Source of the DNA: a virus
Lineage: Duplodnaviria > Caudoviricetes
IMG/VR virus record: IMGVR_UViG_3300044476_000097
Location: 1 to 29,017 of that record
DNA: 29,017 nt
Direction: 5' to 3' (one strand)
Below, piece by piece: positions 1 through 7,167 of the stretch. The notes below the pieces were generated by a model. The model did not search any database. It had not been told where the DNA came from and saw only the letters and a list, made by a program, of their open reading frames with translations. The position numbers and the translations under genes are program-made. Positions within the stretch are counted from its first letter, which is position 1. Each line of letters starts with the position of its first letter.

Positions 1-18
1 GCGTAGCGTGCGGTTCGG

Positions 19-51
19 TTGTCAAAGAGCCGGGGAGGCGAGGCCTCCGGC
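19..51 (-). promoter_or_regulatory. Hairpin plus boxA-like antitermination element (rrn-leader-like)
   Basis: The minus strand reads GCCGG-AGGC-CTC-GCCT-CC-CCGGC (hairpin), overlapping GCTCTTTGACAA. This differs at one position from the E. coli rrn boxA core GCTCTTTAACAA. Confidence 0.45.
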
Positions 52-57
52 CCCGAC

Positions 58-86
58 AATGTGCCGCCGCCGCCGCCGAAAGTCAA
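58..86 (-). promoter_or_regulatory. Leftward sigma70-type promoter (TTGACT-17 nt-CACATT)
   Basis: The reverse complement of 81-86 is TTGACT, the spacer is 17 nt (64-80), and the reverse complement of 58-63 is CACATT (weak -10). The predicted start near 51 coincides with a hairpin followed by a boxA-like sequence. Confidence 0.45.
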
Positions 87-223
87 GTCGGGCCGCAAGT
101 CGTTGAGCCGCAACGGGTTCCGGCCGGACGGCCCGGATTCCGGCCGAAACGGGACCGCCGCCGACAGGTTGCAGACCACGCGCGAACGTACACGCGAGGG
201 TGGGTGCGTGCGCGCGCGAGCGT

Positions 224-422
224 GGGTCCCCCTCTCTGGCTATACCCCTGCTCCCTCGCCCTATCCGCCCCAGGGTCAACAACTTGGGTCCCCTTTCCGG
301 GTACTTTCCTTATTTTTTACGTAGAAACGGCCCAGGAGCCCTTATTTTTTAAGGTGAGTATGGGGTACGGGTCCCCTTTTGCATGGCCTTCTAGACCCCC
401 TACAACGCAAAGGGGCCCCCTT
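224..422. repeat. Cluster of short direct repeats: GGGTCCCC x3 (+1 variant) and CCTTATTTTTTA x2
   Basis: GGGTCCCC starts at 224, 286 and 369, with the variant GGGCCCCCTT at 413. CCTTATTTTTTA occurs at 308-319 and 340-351, 32 bp apart. No credible ORF covers the region. Confidence 0.7.
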
Positions 423-491
423 CTGGGAGCCCCGGTCGGCGTTGGTAAAAAGGCGGGGCCAGCCTTGCACTAGCCCCTAGGGGTTGGTGGG

Positions 492-770
492 TTACGGAAC
501 CTTGCCCTCGTCCGTACTTTCCTCCGGTACCCTATTGACGAGAAGCTGAGAGGGGATCACAGCTTCAGTCAGGGTATCCGCAAGGGATAGCAGAGACTCT
601 GCCACCCGGAGGAACCCCCTTGATAGGAAGACGATAGCCTTTCTTACGGCGACTACAATTGAGACCCAGATGCTGACATGAAGGGGTACGACTACGACTT
701 CCTCTGAGACGAGCTTGCCGTCGGCGGTCAGCGTCGTAACTGTATAGCTTTCGTACTTGTCTTTTGCCAA
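492..770 (-). CDS. Small hypothetical protein with a hydrophobic segment (92 aa, TTG start: MAKDKYESYTVTT...)
   Basis: 3' part of ORF 492-1004. A GGAGGG RBS lies just upstream of TTG at 770, with a promoter immediately upstream of that. Hydrophobic stretch VVVVPLHVSIWVSIVVAV. Confidence 0.6.
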   Translation of the reverse strand: MAKDKYESYTVTTLTADGKLVSEEVVVVPLHVSIWVSIVVAVRKAIVFLSRGFLRVAESLLSLADTLTEAVIPSQLLVNRVPEESTDEGKVP

Positions 771-789
771 TGTCCCCTCCGTTAGCGGG

Positions 790-818
790 AATATCTCACA
801 CCGCCGATACGTTGTCAA
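790..818 (-). promoter_or_regulatory. Sigma70-type promoter TTGACA-17 nt-GATATT driving the 492-770 gene
   Basis: Perfect -35 (reverse complement of 813-818), 17-nt spacer, -10 GATATT (reverse complement of 790-795), then RBS and start codon. Confidence 0.65.
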
Positions 819-825
819 GTGGTAC

Positions 826-854
826 TTGACTCCTATGGACACTGGGGTTACAAT
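826..854 (+). promoter_or_regulatory. Sigma70-type promoter TTGACT-17 nt-TACAAT, predicted start ~861
   Basis: TTGACT at 826-831, 17-nt spacer, TACAAT at 849-854; each hexamer matches consensus at 5/6. Confidence 0.7.
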
Positions 855-860
855 ACCGGA

Positions 861-1450
861 AACTTCAAGGCGGTGGGATTCACCGCGGCTCTTATTCAGC
901 GCGACCAACCAGAAGAGGTCAACCAGATGCGAACCGAACTGGCCCAGGTGGACAAAACGAAGGCGGATCCGCTCGTGCGGCATAGGCCTAGTTTGCGCCG
1001 CCATCTACCCCTGGGCCGGTTTTTTACTTTCATCGATGTGGAAACCCCTGTTCTCCGGCGCGGAAAAACCAGTAACCGGACCAGCTTTGCAGGCTATACC
1101 GGTGGCGCCCGTTCGAATGACGGAGGCGCCTGCTCAGTATCAAACATTCGTGGCCGCAGATACCGTCGTCAAGACGGGACTCTTGGTTTGCCTTCGGAGG
1201 GAGCAAGGAACATCGGAAATCGGCGTTGTATTCCCGGCAACGAGACGGTATTCGATCCGTCAATTACGCCCTGCGTCCGGGTCAGCATGTCAAACCCCGA
1301 TGTGTTCGGGGGAGCCTCGCCGAGTATAAAGATGTTCACCGCCGGTAGTAGCCTGCATGCCCAGTCAAATAGTGGAGGGGGACTCCGCGCCATGGGTTGT
1401 TCGGTCAGTAGCTAAACTGGGCCCAACATCCGGCCGCAACGGTTCCTCTC
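861..1450 (+). ncRNA. Candidate large structured non-coding RNA (~600 nt), family unassigned
   Basis: Bounded by two promoters. Complementary segments: 937-948/1010-1021 (12 bp), 1057-1064/1384-1391 (8 bp), 1088-1105/1339-1357 (18 bp with one bulge), 1208-1214/1331-1337, 1359-1365/1416-1422, plus many local hairpins. The overlapping ORFs do not look protein-like. Confidence 0.6.
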
Positions 1451-1456
1451 CTCTGT

Positions 1457-1486
1457 TTGACGGAGGGAATGGGCGAGGTCTATAAT
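1457..1486 (+). promoter_or_regulatory. Sigma70-type promoter TTGACG-18 nt-TATAAT for the packaging operon
   Basis: TTGACG at 1457-1462 and a perfect TATAAT at 1481-1486. RBS AAAGGGGA at 1494-1501 and ATG at 1506 follow. Confidence 0.65.
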
Positions 1487-1505
1487 GACTACGAAAGGGG
1501 ATCCC

Positions 1506-1940
1506 ATGATCAGCAATGACCCGGAAGTACCATCGGTGACCAACGCAAGCGACTATATCGGTAAATTCAGGGACAACCAGGACGGCTCAGTCGGCATCGG
1601 ATTTTCAGGATTCGCATCCCAAAACTACTGCATGTGGTGCGGCGAGACTGGCGGTGGACATCGGCCATGGTGTCGATACTGCGTGGATATCGTGGATCGT
1701 CTGGCGCCGGTAGTCAGCGAGCCACCCAAGCAGGCGGAGCGATGGGTTAAGGTAAGGGTCCCCCGGTACGATGCCCGTACCAACTATCATGTGGCTGGCC
1801 TCGCCAAGTGCGGGGTAGACGTAGTTGAATTCCCGCCGCTGATGATGGACTGCGAGAAGCAGTATCTCTTCCCGGACATCGATCCCTACACCAGCGAGAC
1901 CAAGGGTGCGTTCTTCTTCGTTAGGAGTAAGGATGCCTAA
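1506..1940 (+). CDS. Hypothetical protein with a CxxC-x6-H-x3-C putative Zn finger (144 aa); positional terminase small subunit candidate
   Basis: Motif CMWCGETGGGHRPWCRYC. ATG 1506 is preferred over 1485 because it has an RBS and 1485 overlaps the -10. The stop overlaps the terL start. Confidence 0.65.
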   Translation: MISNDPEVPSVTNASDYIGKFRDNQDGSVGIGFSGFASQNYCMWCGETGGGHRPWCRYCVDIVDRLAPVVSEPPKQAERWVKVRVPRYDARTNYHVAGLAKCGVDVVEFPPLMMDCEKQYLFPDIDPYTSETKGAFFFVRSKDA

Positions 1941-3585
1941 GGTTCGCGGGACCAACGTAGATCGCGTTGGGAAGGGTCCGGCCCAGGAAAAGAATAGGTT
2001 TAGGGCTGCGTACAAGAAGTCGCTAAAGATGATGCAGGATGCCCTCCACGAGGATGGGCCGAAGTATCCGCCGGTCCAGCAGGGTAACGGTAGGGGCGAG
2101 ACGCCACTCCATCCCAACGAGGTCAAGGCGTCCCATGGTGTCGATACTTCTGGCGTGCCAGAGGATATCGCATGGGCTCCCCAACCCGGGCCCCAGACGG
2201 CACTCCTACTCTGCCCTGTAGAAGACATTTTCTTTGGTGGCGCGCGAGGGGGTGGAAAGTCGGATGCCCTGCTCGGGGACTGGCTTATGCATCGTCATCG
2301 CCATGGAAAGTTCGCCAAGGGAATCCTGTTTCGGCGTACCTATACCGAGTTGGAAGAACTTATCCAGCGGTCACTGGTTATCTATCCGGCAACCGGGGCC
2401 GAGTACAACAAGTCGGAGCATACGTGGTACTGGCCGGATGGTTCTATCCTCAGGATGAGATACCTAGAGGCCGACGAGGATGCCGCCCGCTATCAAGGGT
2501 TTAACTTCACGTGGATGGGTATCGATGAGATGGGGAACTTCCCGTCTCCACGCCCCATCGACATGCTCTGGGCAACGCTTCGTTCTGCTCACGGAATTCC
2601 CTGTGTAAGGCGCTGTACGGGCAACCCGGGTGGCCCCGGTACCCAGTGGATCAAAGAGCGCTATATCGACCCCAGCGAGCCCTGGGTGCCATTTACGTGG
2701 GCCCCCATCAAGGACCGCCCAGACCTGACCATCGAGAGCGTCTTTATCCCGTCCAAGCTAGAAGACAACGCACGCCTCATGTCGGCGGACCCTCGCTACG
2801 AGTCCCGCCTCGCGGCCATCAATGACCCCGAGATGTTCAAGGCTTGGCGTGAGGGTGACTGGACCATCCTCGCCGGGCGCTACTTCACTACGTTCACTGA
2901 AGACAGCTGCACGGAGGACCCCAAGTATCTACCACCCTGGCTGCCACGCTGGATCTCGATCGACTGGGGCTACAACCACCCGTCTGCTATTTACTGGGCG
3001 GCGTATGACGGGGAGGTAGTCCACGTATACGACGAACTGGTTATCTCCCAGCAGGTTCCCACGGACCTGGGCAAACGTATCGCAAACAGGACGAAGATCA
3101 ATAGCCAGGGGTCAAAGATATCCCGGGTTGTGCTGAGCCCAGATGCTTTCGCGCGTAGGTCATCCCAGAAGACCATCGCCTCCGAACTGGCACAGGTCAT
3201 CCCATGGCCAATCGTTCAGGCAGATAACGACCGAATCGGCGGCTGGAACCTCATGCGTCAAATGTTCGCGTCTGGACAGCTAAAGATCTCAAAGGTATGC
3301 CCGGAGGTAATCAAGAAGCTTAGGACGGCCCAGCGTGACCCACGTCGCCCCGAGGATGTCATGAAGCACGACGGGGACGACGAGATTGATTCGCTGAGAT
3401 ATCTTATCAAGACGGCAGACCTTGAGGTCGCAATTCCTGCCGATGTCGTGTTCAATGACGCTATCAAGGGGTACCTTGAGAACGGCGACTACATGAACGC
3501 ATTCGTTGAAAAGCTTAGACTTAGGGACGCCCAGAAGAATCGGAACAAGCCAATCAAAATCAAACCTAGAAAACGTATGGTATAA
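1933..3585 (+). CDS. terL: Terminase large subunit (550 aa)
   Basis: Q-motif PQPGPQ, Walker A GGARGGGKS, Walker B WMGIDE, coupling motif TGNPGGPG, RNase H-like nuclease motifs SIDWGYNHP and DDEIDSLRY. AGGAG RBS before ATG 1933. Confidence 0.97.
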   Translation: MPKVRGTNVDRVGKGPAQEKNRFRAAYKKSLKMMQDALHEDGPKYPPVQQGNGRGETPLHPNEVKASHGVDTSGVPEDIAWAPQPGPQTALLLCPVEDIFFGGARGGGKSDALLGDWLMHRHRHGKFAKGILFRRTYTELEELIQRSLVIYPATGAEYNKSEHTWYWPDGSILRMRYLEADEDAARYQGFNFTWMGIDEMGNFPSPRPIDMLWATLRSAHGIPCVRRCTGNPGGPGTQWIKERYIDPSEPWVPFTWAPIKDRPDLTIESVFIPSKLEDNARLMSADPRYESRLAAINDPEMFKAWREGDWTILAGRYFTTFTEDSCTEDPKYLPPWLPRWISIDWGYNHPSAIYWAAYDGEVVHVYDELVISQQVPTDLGKRIANRTKINSQGSKISRVVLSPDAFARRSSQKTIASELAQVIPWPIVQADNDRIGGWNLMRQMFASGQLKISKVCPEVIKKLRTAQRDPRRPEDVMKHDGDDEIDSLRYLIKTADLEVAIPADVVFNDAIKGYLENGDYMNAFVEKLRLRDAQKNRNKPIKIKPRKRMV

Positions 3586-3586
3586 T
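3578..3586 (+). promoter_or_regulatory. Extended -10 promoter TGgTATAAT overlapping the terL stop; probable leaderless transcript
   Basis: TG-G-TATAAT at 3578-3586. ATG 3593 lies 7 nt downstream and has no Shine-Dalgarno sequence. Confidence 0.5.
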
Positions 3587-3592
3587 CCGGTA

Positions 3593-3907
3593 ATGATTCG
3601 CAATCTATTCACGAGAACAGCCATTGCAATCGTATTGATCCTGACCGGATGCTCGGCGCCACCTATTCGTGTTGCCACGCATGTGAACAATCGAGAGTTC
3701 TACTACGCAAGATACATTGAGGAATGCGTCGAGATCAGTCAGCCGATCGCACCACCGGGGTGCGCTGCATTTCGTATCGAGGTTAATCGCTACAAGCGCG
3801 TCATCGAAGAGGCCTACCAGGCAAACGAACGTGGTGGGAAGTATCCACTCCAGCTAAAGGAGATGGCAAAACAGCTAGAGAGGGTTAAGCGTGCCAGGGG
3901 TAACTGA
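3593..3907 (+). CDS. Lipoprotein (104 aa); possible outer-membrane spanin or exclusion protein
   Basis: MIRNLFTRTAIAIVLILTG-C has a basic n-region, a hydrophobic h-region and lipobox LTGC. The mature part looks helical and has two further Cys. Confidence 0.75.
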   Translation: MIRNLFTRTAIAIVLILTGCSAPPIRVATHVNNREFYYARYIEECVEISQPIAPPGCAAFRIEVNRYKRVIEEAYQANERGGKYPLQLKEMAKQLERVKRARGN

Positions 3908-4067
3908 CGCTATCGCGGCGCTAATGGAGTTCATCAATAAGTCCGGACTCCCGGATAAGCTGAAGATGGTATTCGACAAGCAACGTGAAACGGAAAAGAA
4001 ACTTGGGTCTAGCGTGGCCGGGATGAAAGACGCACCGGCACCAAAAGGAGTAGACAATGGCAGGTAA
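3891..4067 (+). CDS. Small hypothetical protein (58 aa, GTG start: MPGVTDAIAALMEFINKSGLPDKLK...), absent from the ORF track
   Basis: Manual translation. GAGAGGG RBS upstream; fills the gap between neighbours with short overlaps; amphipathic N-terminal helix. Confidence 0.6.
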   Translation: MPGVTDAIAALMEFINKSGLPDKLKMVFDKQRETEKKLGSSVAGMKDAPAPKGVDNGR

Positions 4068-4254
4068 GCTGGATATCGCGGAAATCTTCACCGACCTCAC
4101 CAAGATCGCTGCTATCGTTGACAAGGCGAAGTCAGTCGAGGCCGCCCTCCCAGTCGATACCCCAGACGTAAAGAAGGGTACCGCAATCGCGAGAGCAGTC
4201 GTCCCGGACCTTTGTGATCTTATTGATTCTGTCGCGGATCAGGTGAAGTCATAA
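4057..4254 (+). CDS. Small hypothetical helical protein (65 aa)
   Basis: AAGGAG RBS; TAATG overlap with the next gene. Confidence 0.75.
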   Translation: MAGKLDIAEIFTDLTKIAAIVDKAKSVEAALPVDTPDVKKGTAIARAVVPDLCDLIDSVADQVKS

Positions 4255-4640
4255 TGGAACGAGAGACACCGAGGTCAATCAAGATCGGGTCCGCAATCAT
4301 CCTGGCCATCGTTATTGCCATGGCTGGACTAGCGGCACTTGGCGATGTCGTATCGTTTCAGCAGGTATGGAACAACGAGGCGACAAATGCCACCGCATGG
4401 ATTCCGACCAATTCGGGTAACGAGGCGCAGGTCACGATTGCTGGGGTTGGTGGATTCGATGGTACGGTGACCGTATATACATGCCCAGCGAAGGACGTGG
4501 ACTCCTGCGTTGCAGTAGTCACGAAGGTATCCCCGACAACGGCTACGACGTATGTCGGTACATCATCCGCCCTGCTATACCTGACGATTACCGGAAGGAC
4601 AGTGGGAACTACCGACGTATATGTCGTCCTAAAGGGGTAA
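4254..4640 (+). CDS. Hypothetical exported or membrane-anchored beta-sandwich-like protein (128 aa)
   Basis: N-terminal hydrophobic segment IGSAIILAIVIAMAGLAALG, then a Thr/Val-rich beta-strand pattern with a Cys pair (CPAKDVDSC). Confidence 0.75.
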   Translation: MERETPRSIKIGSAIILAIVIAMAGLAALGDVVSFQQVWNNEATNATAWIPTNSGNEAQVTIAGVGGFDGTVTVYTCPAKDVDSCVAVVTKVSPTTATTYVGTSSALLYLTITGRTVGTTDVYVVLKG

Positions 4641-4641
4641 C

Positions 4642-7167
4642 ATGAAACGTATTCTTGCGGTTCTAGTAGCCGCACTACTACTAAATAGCACGGCCCGTGC
4701 CGAGTGGCCAGCAATCGCGACCGGATGGCATGAGGTCCAGACAAGCGGTGGCGGCGGCGGCGTCACCAACTCCGCCGGAAACAACGTCGTTCCCAAGAGC
4801 GACGGGACGAACCTCGTCGCGTCCACGGTGACCGACGACGGGACGCTGGTCACGATCAACACGCGGACGAAGGCGCGGGCCACCGTGCTGACGGACGGCA
4901 CGGGCGCGTTCCTCGACGTAACGGGGACGCTGCCGGCGAGTCCGACCCAGCCGGTGGCCGGTATAAAGGCGACGATCACTGGAGCAGGTAGCGCGGCGCA
5001 GACACAGACCGGTGTGGATATCACCGTCTTGTCTGGGTACACGGGTTCTTCGCGGTCAACAGGGTTGAAGGTCGCGAACGACACTCCGAACGCAAACGAC
5101 ACCGGACCGGTAATCGCCATACTTGGCTCATCCTCTGCGCCAGCACAGGGTGATAGGTACGGTGTTACCGGAATCGCGGAAAACCAAGGCGCGGCGTACT
5201 CCTTCGTCGCCGGAGTCTACGGTGGCGCGTATAACAATAGTGGCGGTAATGCTAGTGCCGCTGGCGTCAGGGGGGTCGCGACCGGCTTGAGCCAGTCGGC
5301 CGGTGGGTTCTTTTCTCTTAGCGAATCTGGTTCCGCACATGTACCAACTGCCATAACCTCAGTTTTTCCGGAAACCGCCGCCCTCCTCGCCGACAACGGC
5401 GCAGTCGCCGCCCCGATCTTCCTTGGCCGCGACAACGGCACCACCAAGTTCAGCATTCTTGACGGCGGCGCAGTCCAGCTGGGCACGCCGGGCTCCGGCA
5501 CCAATGGAGCGGCCACCAGCGGGACGATTCAAGCGGCACCGGGCACGGGCACGGGCGCGGTCTCTCGTCTTCTCCTTGGTGGTCCCGTCCTTGGTTCTAC
5601 CGGCTCCACCGTCCAGACGATCGCGACTCCGGTCTCCATCGGCGGCGAGGTGAAGGCGGATGGAACGGCTGGCTTCCTCGACGTGACGGGGACGCTGCCT
5701 GCGAGTCCGAGTGCCGGAACCGCCGCGGTCAAGATCAGCCCCACCTTTGCGGCGCAGACGGCGCAGCATCAGGACGGTCTGCGGGTCGAGACGCCGAACA
5801 CTGGTGTTGCCGCTGGCGGTACGGCGGCTATCTACGGGAAGAACGCGAACTACGCGACGAACGGCGGATATCAGGCCGTCGGTGTCTACGGGTTTTCGGA
5901 GGGTGGCGGGGGCGACCAGAACGCACGGGTAGGGGTGAAGGGAGTCGCTGGCGCCTACACGTCTGGGTACTACGGCGTGGGCGTGCTTGGTAACGTGACG
6001 AACATCGCTGCCGGGTCGTACTACGCGGCCGGGTTATTCTCGCTTGGCGCCGTCAATGCGGACAACGCGCTGGCATTTGCCACGCAAGCCGCCCTCCTCG
6101 CGGACAACGGCTCGGTCGCCGCCCCGATCTTCCTCGCCCGCGACAACGGCACGACCAAGTTCAGCATCCTCGACGGTGGCGCGGTAGACATCAACAGCCC
6201 CTCTATCGCGACGGACGGCACCATCCCCGCGCTGAAGGTCACGGCGACGCTGCCGGCTAGCACAAGCCAGTCCGTTAACGGGGTACTGCTCGATATCACG
6301 GGAGCAGGTACGGCGTCGCAGGAGCAGCGCGCATTCCGCGCCGTACTGAACTCAGGGTACACCGGGTCGTCGGCCACGTTCGCCTCACGCTTCCTGAACA
6401 GTTCGGCTGGGATCGGGACGGCCATCAACTACGCGAACATCGGAGTCGAGGGATCGGTTGACTCGACGACGACCGGAACCAATATCGGCTATTCGAGCTA
6501 CGCGGTGAATCGCGGATCCGGCAAGGCCGTAGGTCTTGCCGCTATCGCCGCGCACAGCCTTGGAACCGGGAACAAGGTCGGGACGTACACGCTTCTATCG
6601 GCCGCGGACGACACGAGCAAGGGGGCCGCGCTCTTCGCGCGCCTTGGCGCAAACGGCGAGTTCGATGTGCCAGCGATCTCGACCACAACGGTCGCGATCC
6701 TCGACAATGGCGGTCTCACAACGGCGCCGATCCTCACCATGCAGAAAGGCGGGGCAACCGTCTCTGGATTCGGAGCGTCTGGCAACCTGTACGGTAACCT
6801 CTCCAAGACGCTTACCGAGTCCTCGGCCACCGGCTTCGTCGAGATCGCGGTTGCCTCCGGCAACGTCGTCAGTGCAGAGATCGACTACGAGATCGAGGCG
6901 AACGACGCGACTGACTATCAGGTTCTTTCGGGAACCATCCGCGTGAACGGCGTCAATAAGGGCGGCACAGTCACGGCCTCAATCGGCGAGGTCGGCTCTC
7001 AGGTATCGACGCTCTCCACCGGCACGCTTACAACGACGAACACCGTCACGGCTGGCACCGGCAAGTTCACCGTCAACGCGAACGCCGTCTCGTCTCTCAC
7101 CCAGACCACTCTACGCATTAAGTATTTCGTTCGGTCGGCCAAGCCGATCACTGCGACGGGGCTCTAA
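4642..7167 (+). CDS. 841-aa Gly/Ala/Thr-rich repetitive fibre/adhesin-like protein with a Sec signal peptide
   Basis: MKRILAVLVAALLLNSTARA|EW has an AxA cleavage site. Three internal modules (xVTGTLPAS... to ...DNGxxAAPIF). GVxG-type repeats suggest a beta-helix. Confidence 0.8.
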   Translation: MKRILAVLVAALLLNSTARAEWPAIATGWHEVQTSGGGGGVTNSAGNNVVPKSDGTNLVASTVTDDGTLVTINTRTKARATVLTDGTGAFLDVTGTLPASPTQPVAGIKATITGAGSAAQTQTGVDITVLSGYTGSSRSTGLKVANDTPNANDTGPVIAILGSSSAPAQGDRYGVTGIAENQGAAYSFVAGVYGGAYNNSGGNASAAGVRGVATGLSQSAGGFFSLSESGSAHVPTAITSVFPETAALLADNGAVAAPIFLGRDNGTTKFSILDGGAVQLGTPGSGTNGAATSGTIQAAPGTGTGAVSRLLLGGPVLGSTGSTVQTIATPVSIGGEVKADGTAGFLDVTGTLPASPSAGTAAVKISPTFAAQTAQHQDGLRVETPNTGVAAGGTAAIYGKNANYATNGGYQAVGVYGFSEGGGGDQNARVGVKGVAGAYTSGYYGVGVLGNVTNIAAGSYYAAGLFSLGAVNADNALAFATQAALLADNGSVAAPIFLARDNGTTKFSILDGGAVDINSPSIATDGTIPALKVTATLPASTSQSVNGVLLDITGAGTASQEQRAFRAVLNSGYTGSSATFASRFLNSSAGIGTAINYANIGVEGSVDSTTTGTNIGYSSYAVNRGSGKAVGLAAIAAHSLGTGNKVGTYTLLSAADDTSKGAALFARLGANGEFDVPAISTTTVAILDNGGLTTAPILTMQKGGATVSGFGASGNLYGNLSKTLTESSATGFVEIAVASGNVVSAEIDYEIEANDATDYQVLSGTIRVNGVNKGGTVTASIGEVGSQVSTLSTGTLTTTNTVTAGTGKFTVNANAVSSLTQTTLRIKYFVRSAKPITATGL
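5377..6185 (+). repeat. Intragenic direct repeat, 98 bp x2 (5377-5474 and 6088-6185)
   Basis: Manual alignment gives 88/98 identity, with mostly synonymous differences. Encodes AALLADNGxVAAPIFLxRDNGTTKFSILDGGAV. A second repeat pair, 4909-4945 and 5674-5710, is 35/37 identical. Confidence 0.9.

Noticed and set aside
224-422. CRISPR array
   Set aside because: The repeats are only 8-12 bp with irregular spacing, and no cas genes are present.
1-473. ORFs 19-324, 22-282 and 204-473
   Set aside because: No RBS, low-complexity translations of GC-rich regulatory/repeat DNA, and mutual overlap.
771-1004. N-terminal 78 codons of the minus-strand ORF 492-1004
   Set aside because: A promoter and RBS inside this stretch point to TTG 770 as the real start.
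757-1415. ORFs 757-1329 and 819-1415 (or ATG 927-1415 with a GAGG upstream) as protein genes
   Set aside because: The annotated starts lie upstream of the promoter, and the translations are Arg/Ser/Gly-rich with no motifs. The dense base-pairing is better explained by RNA structure. The 927 start cannot be fully excluded.
861-1450. Assignment to tRNA, tmRNA, RNase P RNA or a group I/II intron
   Set aside because: GTTCGAAT at 1111-1118 lacks a proper T-stem and cloverleaf. I found no RNase P GAGGAAAGTCC, no group II GTGCG start with domain V, no recognisable group I core, and no interrupted gene.
5377-6185. Diversity-generating retroelement TR/VR pair, given the ~100-bp repeat and an Mtd_N-like fibre in the window
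   Set aside because: Mismatches are mostly synonymous and not adenine-specific, both copies are in frame in one gene, and no reverse transcriptase is present in the window.
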